The notes under the pieces were generated by a model. It made no database searches. It saw nothing but the letters and a program-made list of their open reading frames with translations, and had not been told where the DNA came from. This document shows, piece by piece, positions 46,075 through 54,279 of a stretch of 64,000 bases of DNA. Each line of letters opens with the position of its first letter. The stretch's first letter is position 1. A program made the position numbers and the translations under genes. The DNA lies in sequence record MZ475893.1; one strand, 5' to 3'.

Positions 46075-46137
46075 TGCTTTGCTCCTGAGATTTTAATCTC
46101 GTAGTTTCAGTTTCTAACAGTTACGGTGCGCGACGAA

Positions 46138-46860
46138 TTAGGCGCCGTAAGAGGAAGACATTTCGATGATCAGGTAACCTTTATCAGAGGTCGGCGAGTG
46201 CTTGATGATGCAGCCAGTCAGCTCAGTACCGGTACCGCCGATAGTCAGCATACCGTTCGGGCCCAGGGTAGGATGCAGCACATTGTCAGCAGACCAGTCA
46301 ACAGACGGGTCGAACATTGACGTTGCGATGTTACCCAGCTTGATATAGCCGATACGGCCAACAACGTTTGATGCCAGACCACCGATAGGAGCATCAGCAG
46401 TGTAAGAACGCGCTTCGGTAACGGTCAGCTCGTATGCGTACTGAACGTATACGGTTTTGCCAACGTCATCAGCATGGAAGTACAGGTCAGCGCCATCAAC
46501 GCCAACGATACCTTTAGCAGACGCTTCGGTATCAGCTTCCTGGTCAGCTTTTTTGCCGTCGATTTTAACGAACAGCTTACCAGCATCAGGTACGCGAGAA
46601 GCAGTGAACTTTTTGGTAGCGTCGATAGTGAAGGTTTCAACGCGGTTCATGTGCGCAGGCGGCATGTTACGAGCCAGAGCGAAACCAGCGAACACTTCGT
46701 TAGCAGCACCAGTAGACAGACGCAGGAATGATTGACCGTTTTCACGGGCCCATACCAGCGCAACGCCTTCTTCGTGGATTACTTCGCCCGGCAGCAGGTC
46801 AGCTTCCTGGGTCTGTACAATGTCAGTAGCATTCTGATACAACATAATTGGAATCTCCAA
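46138..46860 (-). CDS. Head decoration / structural protein; start uncertain
   Basis: Between scaffold and MCP, strong codon bias; the ORF track starts at a TTG and the real start may be the ATG a few codons downstream (MLYQNAT). Confidence 0.6.
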   Translation of the reverse strand: MEIPIMLYQNATDIVQTQEADLLPGEVIHEEGVALVWARENGQSFLRLSTGAANEVFAGFALARNMPPAHMNRVETFTIDATKKFTASRVPDAGKLFVKIDGKKADQEADTEASAKGIVGVDGADLYFHADDVGKTVYVQYAYELTVTEARSYTADAPIGGLASNVVGRIGYIKLGNIATSMFDPSVDWSADNVLHPTLGPNGMLTIGGTGTELTGCIIKHSPTSDKGYLIIEMSSSYGA

Positions 46861-46895
46861 TAAGAGAGTAAAGTTTAACTAGCGTAAGGCCGCTC

Positions 46896-48968
46896 TTATG
46901 AGCAGCGCAGACGGGCCAGTTTATCTTCGAACGAGTCAGTGGAAGCTGAACTCTGTGATTGAATAGGTGCACTATCTTCGTCACCCAGAAGCTGCGCTGC
47001 AACGCTTGGTTGCTGCGGCTTAACAGGTGCGGTGACCTGCTGTTGAACTACAGGCTGAGCCTGCTGCACGGTACCGGCTGCGGCTTCGATTGACTGTGCA
47101 ACTTCGTTCTGTGCAGTTTCAGACATAGACATAAGAGTCTGTGCTTTTGCCAGAGAAGTTGTCAGGAAATCTTTACCATGCGCGATAAACGCGTTTTGAA
47201 TCAGCGCGTTCGGGTCTTTGATGCCTGCGGCAGACAGAGAGCGAACGAGAGAATCAACGATCGGGTTACGCACTTCACCCCAGTAGTTTTTGGTGATACC
47301 CAGCTGAGCAGAAGACAGGGCAGCAATCAAACGTTCCTGATGGGAAGCAACAGTGTCGTTGATGGTAGACGATACGCTGGTAGTGGCTTCGTTGATGCGA
47401 GCATCAGATTCAGCAACCAGCAACTTGTCTACAGGCATTTCGATTTGATACGGCATAAAGCCATACGCTTCGACTGTACCTACAACACCGCTTTGAACCA
47501 GGCTGTGTGAAACGGCACGGATGAAATTATCAGTTGCGAAAGATTTACGCGCAACTTCTTCACCAACAACGTTAGACACAGAGTTGAACGTGGCGCGAGC
47601 AACTGGCTGGCCGTCGTAGTACATGTGTACCGATTCGACTTTACCGCCGTTAGAACGGCTGAGGCTTACCAGGGTCGGGTCCAGTTCGCCGTACTGAGCT
47701 TGTACGGTAGACAGGCTGTCGAAGGTGCGATTAACGACTTTAGATTCAGAATCGAAGTCTTCATCGTCGAGGTCGAGATCATCTTCTTCCAGATCTTCGT
47801 CCTCGTCGAGGTCTTCGTCTTCATCAGCGCCAGACTCAGAATCGAAATCTTCGTCTTCGTCTTCGCCTTCGAGGTCCAGATCGTCTTCATCCAGATCTTC
47901 GTCGTCGTCGCCTGCACCAGATTCGGAGTCGAAGTCTTCGTCATCTTCGAGGTCTTCCTCGTCTTCGTCGTCCAGATCATCTTCATCCAGATCTTCGTCG
48001 TCGAGGTCATCCTCTTCGTCTTCGTCTTCCTCTTCGTCTTCGTCGAAGTCATCTTCATCGAAGTCGTCTTCATCTTCATCACCATCAGATGATTCAGAAT
48101 CAAAGTCGTCGTCAGAATCTTCGTCTTCGTCGTCGAGGTCCAGATCGTCTTCGTCCAGGATATCAATGTCGCTGTCGCTATCATCGTCACCGGAGTTAGA
48201 TTCAATCGGCTCGTCGACCAGCGCCGCAGAGCAATGCGCACAGAAGACAGGCTCTTCATCGGAGCTTACAGTAAACGGCTGTTCGCATTTAGCGGAGCAG
48301 CTATAGATGTGAGCTTCGACGGTACCGTCAGCGGCAGCAGAAGACAGAGCAGTAACAGCTTCAGGAGCGTCCTGAGCATCACAGCTATCAACAGCCTGGC
48401 CGGTGTACGGGTCGAATTTGGCAACAGTAGCAGCGTTGAAGCTACCAGTGTTGGACAGCGCTGTGAACGTTTGAGCACCAGACAGGGCCTGCGCGAAGTT
48501 GCGTTGAGCTTCTTCGGCAGTCTCGCCAGTAGCGATCAGGCTCGCGTGTTCAATCTGTTCATCAGCGTTTGCGCTCTCAGCAAGGAACTGTGATACGCGT
48601 TCATCAGTGATTTCTGACAGGTCAGCAGAGCACGACGGGCAGCAGCCCTGAACGAGCGAAGCACTGTCGCTGATAACGTGGCTACCACAACCATCCAGAC
48701 AGATAGTGTAATGCGCCTTCACGTCACCAGCAGAAGACTGAGACTGAACTTCGGCTTTCTCAACCAAATCAGGATGCTCATCCAGCAGTTCGTTACCGCC
48801 GGTTGGGTTGTAGAGGTCAGCGCCACTTTGCGAAGCAAAGCCCACACCGTCAGAAGAACCATAAATCATTAAGTTCTGGCCTAACGCAGTGCGACGAAAG
48901 TTCTCTACTGCCTGATTATGGTTTTTACCGACACACAGGATACCCGCGAGTTGGGTAATCTTTGGCAT
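46896..48968 (-). CDS. Putative scaffold / prohead core protein (acidic tract, two Cys4 ribbons)
   Basis: Start reassigned to MPKIT (GAGG RBS); ~130-aa D/E tract; CLDGC..CPSC and CSAKC..CAHC; upstream of the MCP. Confidence 0.65.
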   Translation of the reverse strand: MPKITQLAGILCVGKNHNQAVENFRRTALGQNLMIYGSSDGVGFASQSGADLYNPTGGNELLDEHPDLVEKAEVQSQSSAGDVKAHYTICLDGCGSHVISDSASLVQGCCPSCSADLSEITDERVSQFLAESANADEQIEHASLIATGETAEEAQRNFAQALSGAQTFTALSNTGSFNAATVAKFDPYTGQAVDSCDAQDAPEAVTALSSAAADGTVEAHIYSCSAKCEQPFTVSSDEEPVFCAHCSAALVDEPIESNSGDDDSDSDIDILDEDDLDLDDEDEDSDDDFDSESSDGDEDEDDFDEDDFDEDEEEDEDEEDDLDDEDLDEDDLDDEDEEDLEDDEDFDSESGAGDDDEDLDEDDLDLEGEDEDEDFDSESGADEDEDLDEDEDLEEDDLDLDDEDFDSESKVVNRTFDSLSTVQAQYGELDPTLVSLSRSNGGKVESVHMYYDGQPVARATFNSVSNVVGEEVARKSFATDNFIRAVSHSLVQSGVVGTVEAYGFMPYQIEMPVDKLLVAESDARINEATTSVSSTINDTVASHQERLIAALSSAQLGITKNYWGEVRNPIVDSLVRSLSAAGIKDPNALIQNAFIAHGKDFLTTSLAKAQTLMSMSETAQNEVAQSIEAAAGTVQQAQPVVQQQVTAPVKPQQPSVAAQLLGDEDSAPIQSQSSASTDSFEDKLARLRCS

Positions 48969-49013
48969 GGTTAAAACCCTCATAAGGAATGAAGTCGTTG
49001 AATCGACAGGTTG

Positions 49014-49021
49014 AAATTAAC
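49014..49021 (-). promoter_or_regulatory. Variant late promoter motif GTTAATTT
   Basis: One mismatch; intergenic, 46 nt upstream of the scaffold start. Confidence 0.4.
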
Positions 49022-49046
49022 GAAAGCAGAAAAATTTAAGGTATTT

Positions 49047-50183
49047 TTAGACTTTTCTGCTATCAATATCTGACTGAGGAATATAGCGATTTTCGAAGTA
49101 TTTATTCACTACTTCGACACCGTTTAGCGTATAAACGTTACGCAAACTATCTCCCCATACCATTAGTTCTGCCAGCGTTGCAAAGTGCTCCGTAGGCACG
49201 GATTTAATGGTCAGTGCATTGTTCGAATCAGGATGGATTCGCTTACCACGAATGGCCTGATCAAACTTCATACGGTCTACGTTACGCAGCATAGTATGGT
49301 CCACAAAGTGAGCCAATTCATGCGTCATAACGTGGGCCATACTTTTGCTGTTATATCCACCCAGCAGACGAACAAGCTGTTGTGGACTAATAGCGATAAC
49401 ACCGTACATAAAGCCACGAATCATGTACGTGCTAATGTGAGAACCGCCTACATCGTTACCTTCCTGCCCGCCCAGAATAGAAACGTACAGGCGCTTAAAC
49501 GGCAGATTAACGTTCAGCCCTACGGCAGGCATTACGTTGTCCTGGATATCCTTTAGCACGAATGCCGGTGGACTAACACCGTTGACTGAGATGTTTAGAC
49601 CAGGGATATTCAGTTCATCTGCACCACGCACTTCGAGATGTACCGTACCACATTTAGGCAGCGGTTGAATTGCGTAGTTGTTTGGCGTACCACCAGCATA
49701 AGCAATATCAGAGTATTGCAGAGGCGTGAATTTACCGAACTGAGGCCTGTCAAGTTCTCGACGTTGACGCGCTTCTTTGGACGCACGATCATCATCGATA
49801 GGAGTATCAACAGGAGGTTTTGGCTCAGGTTCAGGCGGTGGGATTGGCACTTCGGCAGCGGCAGGTTTTGGAACTTTCGCAGGCTTAGGCACTTTGACAG
49901 GCTTAGGCTTAGGCTTAGCAGACTTCTCCTCGTACGGAGTAAAGTCAAAGCTATCGAACAACGCATCAGGCTGAGCAGCAAAAGGTCTGCTATTAGCCAG
50001 TATCATTCCAGCGCTCTCCCCGCTGATTGCAACAGCTTGAGGGTACTTAGGGTGAGCGATGTAATAGAGGTCATCGTTAACTTGATGGAGACCTACGACC
50101 TCGCGGGGCTGCATACGCACACCATTTGAAATCATAGTATCTCCACCTAAGTAACGGACGAATTTGTAGTCCGTTATATCCAT
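49047..50183 (-). CDS. Zincin-like metallopeptidase with N-terminal paralog domain and Pro/Lys linker
   Basis: HVMTHELAHFVDH (HExxH) with downstream EHFA; start reassigned to MDITDY via a TAATG overlap. Confidence 0.7.
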   Translation of the reverse strand: MDITDYKFVRYLGGDTMISNGVRMQPREVVGLHQVNDDLYYIAHPKYPQAVAISGESAGMILANSRPFAAQPDALFDSFDFTPYEEKSAKPKPKPVKVPKPAKVPKPAAAEVPIPPPEPEPKPPVDTPIDDDRASKEARQRRELDRPQFGKFTPLQYSDIAYAGGTPNNYAIQPLPKCGTVHLEVRGADELNIPGLNISVNGVSPPAFVLKDIQDNVMPAVGLNVNLPFKRLYVSILGGQEGNDVGGSHISTYMIRGFMYGVIAISPQQLVRLLGGYNSKSMAHVMTHELAHFVDHTMLRNVDRMKFDQAIRGKRIHPDSNNALTIKSVPTEHFATLAELMVWGDSLRNVYTLNGVEVVNKYFENRYIPQSDIDSRKV

Positions 50184-50962
50184 TAACGCATCCGCAGCAG
50201 GTGTTCTTTGTACGTTGCAGCACAAGCAAACGCTGGGTCATCCACAGAGCTACACTCGAAACCAGTGAGGCCCTTACAGTCACGATACACCAGGCGACCT
50301 GTACGTGCATCCAAATACGTAGGCTTGTTGAACGCTGTGTGCGAACAGAAGTTACGATTCTTCGGCGTTACCATCTGACCACAGATACTGCATTTATAAG
50401 CACGGTAAGTTGTGCCTTTGCTGTATGTGTTCAGTTCACCGCTGAGAATACGATCACAACGCTCCTTACAGCGCGTGCGGTCAAACGCCAGTAACAGAGT
50501 CAGACGCGCATGATTGCCGCGGAAGTTTTTCAGCTTAGACAGGTTCGAGTCAAAGATCATGCCCATTGCTTGGCGATAGTCTTTGTTGTTGTGCTCGATA
50601 AACGTCGGCTTACCAATGAACGTCTGATATGCAAGGCGTCCTTGATCAGGGTTAAACGTCAACCATTCCTGCAAGCTGAATGCATCACCGTTAGTGTTCG
50701 GCAGCTCCGTGATGTTTACCACAACAGGCGCAATGATATAGTCACGGATATCACGCGAGGTGTTGTACATCTCAGCAGCTTTAGGCAGCCACACGTTAAC
50801 GTCGAGGTTAAAAGATCCCGTCTCAATACCGAAACGCGAAGCATCAACACGAATAGACTTAGCGTTTCGGCTAACATCTTCTTTGTGCATATCAATCGCG
50901 TTCAGTCCGACGAGGCCCATGTCTGAGGTATCAAACGACTCAGACTTGATGAGCTGGGTCAT
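50183..50962 (-). CDS. Prohead (capsid maturation) protease
   Basis: PNTNGDAFS, FIEHN (His), ELNTYSKG (Ser), C-terminal CSICG...CSH; upstream of scaffold and MCP. Confidence 0.75.
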   Translation of the reverse strand: MTQLIKSESFDTSDMGLVGLNAIDMHKEDVSRNAKSIRVDASRFGIETGSFNLDVNVWLPKAAEMYNTSRDIRDYIIAPVVVNITELPNTNGDAFSLQEWLTFNPDQGRLAYQTFIGKPTFIEHNNKDYRQAMGMIFDSNLSKLKNFRGNHARLTLLLAFDRTRCKERCDRILSGELNTYSKGTTYRAYKCSICGQMVTPKNRNFCSHTAFNKPTYLDARTGRLVYRDCKGLTGFECSSVDDPAFACAATYKEHLLRMR

Positions 50963-50972
50963 CGTGTTCTCC

Positions 50973-51389
50973 CTATTGGAAATTGTTTATGTTATCAAGG
51001 CCGCAATTGGCTAGACGCACATGCGACTCAGGCACCTCGAAGATTTGAGAGCAACCCAAGTCGGTCAGTTGATATATCAATCGTCCATTAGAAATTATTG
51101 CGTTTTCAACATAGGCAGCAACTTCTGTACCATCTTCTTGCTTGACCATAACTTCAACGCCAGGATAGAATACGTCGAAACTCTTGGAGCTAAAGATAGG
51201 TCGAACAATGTCGGTCTCTGCAACAGGATGCTGGGCATAGCGCGTTTGAATCATATACAGCGCACAGTCACCGCTGATCAGGATAGTATTGATTGTGCCA
51301 CGCAGATTGTACGGAGCACCCTGGGCAGTAGTGCCAGCAACGAACGTGACAATATCACCGATGTTATACGCAAACGAGAACTGAGCCAT
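50973..51389 (-). CDS. Hypothetical protein with tandem SH3/Tudor-like units
   Basis: Start reassigned to MAQFSF (GAGG RBS); YNIGDIV and FYPGVEV repeats. Confidence 0.6.
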   Translation of the reverse strand: MAQFSFAYNIGDIVTFVAGTTAQGAPYNLRGTINTILISGDCALYMIQTRYAQHPVAETDIVRPIFSSKSFDVFYPGVEVMVKQEDGTEVAAYVENAIISNGRLIYQLTDLGCSQIFEVPESHVRLANCGLDNINNFQ

Positions 51390-51390
51390 G

Positions 51391-52245
51391 TTAACCTCGA
51401 AGTGCACCACGCGCCCAAGACTTAGCGAGAGCCAGAGTCATGCGGCTAGGGTTCTGGAGTTTGACTTCACCCCGATGAACAGCAGTGAACGGTTCATTAG
51501 GGTTCTCGCTGCGTCCAGAACGATACGCAGATTCATTGAAGCCATCAAACAAAGTAACCAGCCATCCAGTTGACTTGTCAGAGCATTCGCCGCACTTGTT
51601 GTCCCAGCTAATCTTACCGCATGTACGGCCACCAGCATTGATAGCGTATGACACACGGTCTTTGTCAGAGTAAACGTCCTTAGCACGAATGGTCTTGAAC
51701 GTCACACGAGACGAGGATTCGGAGCGCGGCATCATGCGTGCTTTAATCGCTTCTGCATCAATCGAGGACCAGAATGATTCAAACAGCATACCCAGCTTCT
51801 GATCGATAGGCAGTTTGAGTCCATTGATTTGCGCAATGGTACTGGAGCTGTCATTGATAACGCGATTCAGGAAGTAGCCGCCAATGATTATCGGCAGCTG
51901 TGTTCCCTGTGAGCCTACAGTGATACCAGATTGCTTGCAGTAGATCTCAGACAGACCGATAGCGAGACGCGCAAGAACCTTGAACGTCTCTTTCTCTGTC
52001 GTGTTTGCGATTTCAGTATACAGACGTGCTGCAATGTTCGGCACGACTGTACGCTTGGCAACGCTGGCAATATCTTCGGCTGTGATAGTCTGACCAAGTT
52101 TCTTCTTGGCCGCTAACGCAAAGGCGTTATACAGGCTGGCTTTGTTCTCCGACGTCAGGGCTTCGTTTAGCTTGCTGATCGTCGTCTCCGCGCTGCTTCT
52201 CAGACTCGGAGTTTGAACTGTTTTGAGTCTCGCAACTTTCGGCAT
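51391..52245 (-). CDS. Hypothetical protein
   Basis: 284 aa, strong AGGAG RBS. Confidence 0.7.
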   Translation of the reverse strand: MPKVARLKTVQTPSLRSSAETTISKLNEALTSENKASLYNAFALAAKKKLGQTITAEDIASVAKRTVVPNIAARLYTEIANTTEKETFKVLARLAIGLSEIYCKQSGITVGSQGTQLPIIIGGYFLNRVINDSSSTIAQINGLKLPIDQKLGMLFESFWSSIDAEAIKARMMPRSESSSRVTFKTIRAKDVYSDKDRVSYAINAGGRTCGKISWDNKCGECSDKSTGWLVTLFDGFNESAYRSGRSENPNEPFTAVHRGEVKLQNPSRMTLALAKSWARGALRG

Positions 52246-53359
52246 TGGAGTTTTTCTCCTGGTTGAGGGCTTGCTTCGCTAAAATCCCAAGCAGGCCAGA
52301 GGCTTTGATTTCTGTCTCAACGTCAAGCCCACGATGCAGACTGAGTTGAGCTAAATAGTTCAATGCAGGTTCGACCATATTAAGATTACGACAACCCCAA
52401 TAGGCGCATTCGTAACATAAGTCTAAATTAACAGAGGTCTGGTCAAACAAGAAACTTTTTGGATTCTGTTGCGCAACAGACAGTCCCTGGATAGCCATAC
52501 CCACAGAGTTGATCATATCATCACGGCGATAGAAAATATCAGACAGCATCGCGTAGCATTCAATACGATCAGAGCGGGCTGCAATAGCACGATAGCAGCA
52601 GTTAACGGCTTCCTGAATAAAGCCCTGCTTGAACGTTGCTTTTGACAGTTCCAGATTCGCCACAGCAACATAGTCAGACCACGTTGCTAGTTTGGTCAGG
52701 CGTGCTACTTCGGCGCGTGCATCATCGAGCAGGTCAGCACGGTCATAGTAAGCAACCGAGTAGCACAGCTCACGCGCATAGTAGAACGAGCAGCGCTGGT
52801 CACGAGGCCAATCGCCCGCATCACGCGCCAGCTCCATGAGATAACCACGAGGCTTAGTGTGATCTGGGAAATGGTCAGTAGCGAACTCAGCACGCACAGT
52901 ATGCGGTGGGTTACCTTCACGGATACGCATCAACACTTCATGCGCACGGTAACGCCACGTATACGCTCGGCTCTTGTATGCTTTCATCTGGTCATACTGG
53001 CTATCGCCGTTACGCATCAGAATCCAAACACCATCAGCCTGTTCAATGTCAGGCATCTGACGTAACTTCTCAACCCAATCCGGATCGTCGAAGCGTTCAT
53101 CAATGTCCAGCCAAACGATTAAATCATCTTCATGGAATGGCGCAGCGGCCAGGTCGCGACTAGCACCCAGATTGCGTTCTTCGGAGATGTCCGTAGAGTG
53201 ATACAGCGCTGGGTGCGCGAACTCGGAAACAATCTGAGTCGTTGCATCAATGCTGCCTGTGTCCACGATACTGATAGCATCAGCAGCAGACACATGCTTC
53301 AACCACTCGGCCATATTCTTTTCTTCATCACGGCAGATAGCCGCTACGCAAATTCTCAT
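52127..53359 (-). CDS. GT2 glycosyltransferase with TPR-like C-terminal region
   Basis: ICRDEEKN, IVDTGSIDAT, WLDIDE (DxD), YRAHE; helical repeats YYAREL.. and A..C.RAI; tail overlaps the next gene by 119 nt. Confidence 0.88.
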   Translation of the reverse strand: MRICVAAICRDEEKNMAEWLKHVSAADAISIVDTGSIDATTQIVSEFAHPALYHSTDISEERNLGASRDLAAAPFHEDDLIVWLDIDERFDDPDWVEKLRQMPDIEQADGVWILMRNGDSQYDQMKAYKSRAYTWRYRAHEVLMRIREGNPPHTVRAEFATDHFPDHTKPRGYLMELARDAGDWPRDQRCSFYYARELCYSVAYYDRADLLDDARAEVARLTKLATWSDYVAVANLELSKATFKQGFIQEAVNCCYRAIAARSDRIECYAMLSDIFYRRDDMINSVGMAIQGLSVAQQNPKSFLFDQTSVNLDLCYECAYWGCRNLNMVEPALNYLAQLSLHRGLDVETEIKASGLLGILAKQALNQEKNSNAESCETQNSSNSESEKQRGDDDQQAKRSPDVGEQSQPV

Positions 53360-53370
53360 GAGTGCCTCTT

Positions 53371-54279
53371 TTATACAAGAACGTTACCGCTATCCCACCA
53401 CTTCTTGCCATAGATTTCAGACAGGCGGTAGTCAAGCACGATTGGTTGGTCAAGATCGACCTGAAGGATATCGCGACCTAGTGCAGCGCTATAAACTGTT
53501 TTCTCCTCAGTGTATACGCGTATCTCTAATTCCATGTCGCCTTGCGAATACTTGGGAACGAACGGCACATTCAGATCGCCGTTGAACCCCTGACCGAGCG
53601 TATCGTCAAAGTAAGTAGACATACGAATCTCGGTGCCCTGATTGATAATGGTGGGTGCATACACCATGCGATTGTTATACGCCGTGTAGTCGGCCACCGT
53701 GGACTGTTGAATCAGGCGGCGCTTATAGATGCGCGTTACGCCTTTGTCGTCCACTACCGTACGATACTGATTGTAGAACCAGTTGATCTCATAGAACTTA
53801 ACTGGCTTGAGGCCAGCAGATGAAACCAATGTCGCAGTCATACGGTGATAGGTCTTCTCCGTATTCAGACGGTAGAGCAGAATCTTAAACGCGTACCATT
53901 GGTAAACGTCTAACGTGATTGAGCCTGCATCTGATTGCTGAGTACCGTTAGTGAGGATATACGAGAAGCAATCGCCACCAACGTAACCGCTACGGGGATC
54001 GTAAATGAACGCATCACTAAAGCTATTCAGTTCGACAGTACCCAACAGTGGGTCGCTCACTTTGATTGCAGCAAGGCGCCAACCACGCTGGGCTGGAACC
54101 TTGTCGAGAACGCCTTCTGTGGGACTGTGACCTGTTAGCTCGTCGCGTGCGCCTTGCAGAATTTGATCGATAGTGATTTCAGTTTTACCTGAGTTCTTCA
54201 CACGTATCGTTCTGTTTGGTGCTATTGGCTTATAGTTGCGCCAGTAGTCAAACGTACAAGGCAAAGAGAGCATAGTCAC
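53371..54279 (-). CDS. Virion protein with an Ig/cadherin-like (Big_9-type) domain
   Basis: FIYDPRSGYVGGDCFSYILTNG..QSD.G.ITLDV pattern. Confidence 0.6.
   Translation of the reverse strand: MTMLSLPCTFDYWRNYKPIAPNRTIRVKNSGKTEITIDQILQGARDELTGHSPTEGVLDKVPAQRGWRLAAIKVSDPLLGTVELNSFSDAFIYDPRSGYVGGDCFSYILTNGTQQSDAGSITLDVYQWYAFKILLYRLNTEKTYHRMTATLVSSAGLKPVKFYEINWFYNQYRTVVDDKGVTRIYKRRLIQQSTVADYTAYNNRMVYAPTIINQGTEIRMSTYFDDTLGQGFNGDLNVPFVPKYSQGDMELEIRVYTEEKTVYSAALGRDILQVDLDQPIVLDYRLSEIYGKKWWDSGNVLV

Noticed and set aside
47625-48306. Poly-Ser + strand ORF and alternate-frame ORFs over the scaffold acidic tract (same at 56452..57345)
   Set aside because: Shadows of GAT/GAC/GAA codon runs, which lack stop codons in other frames.
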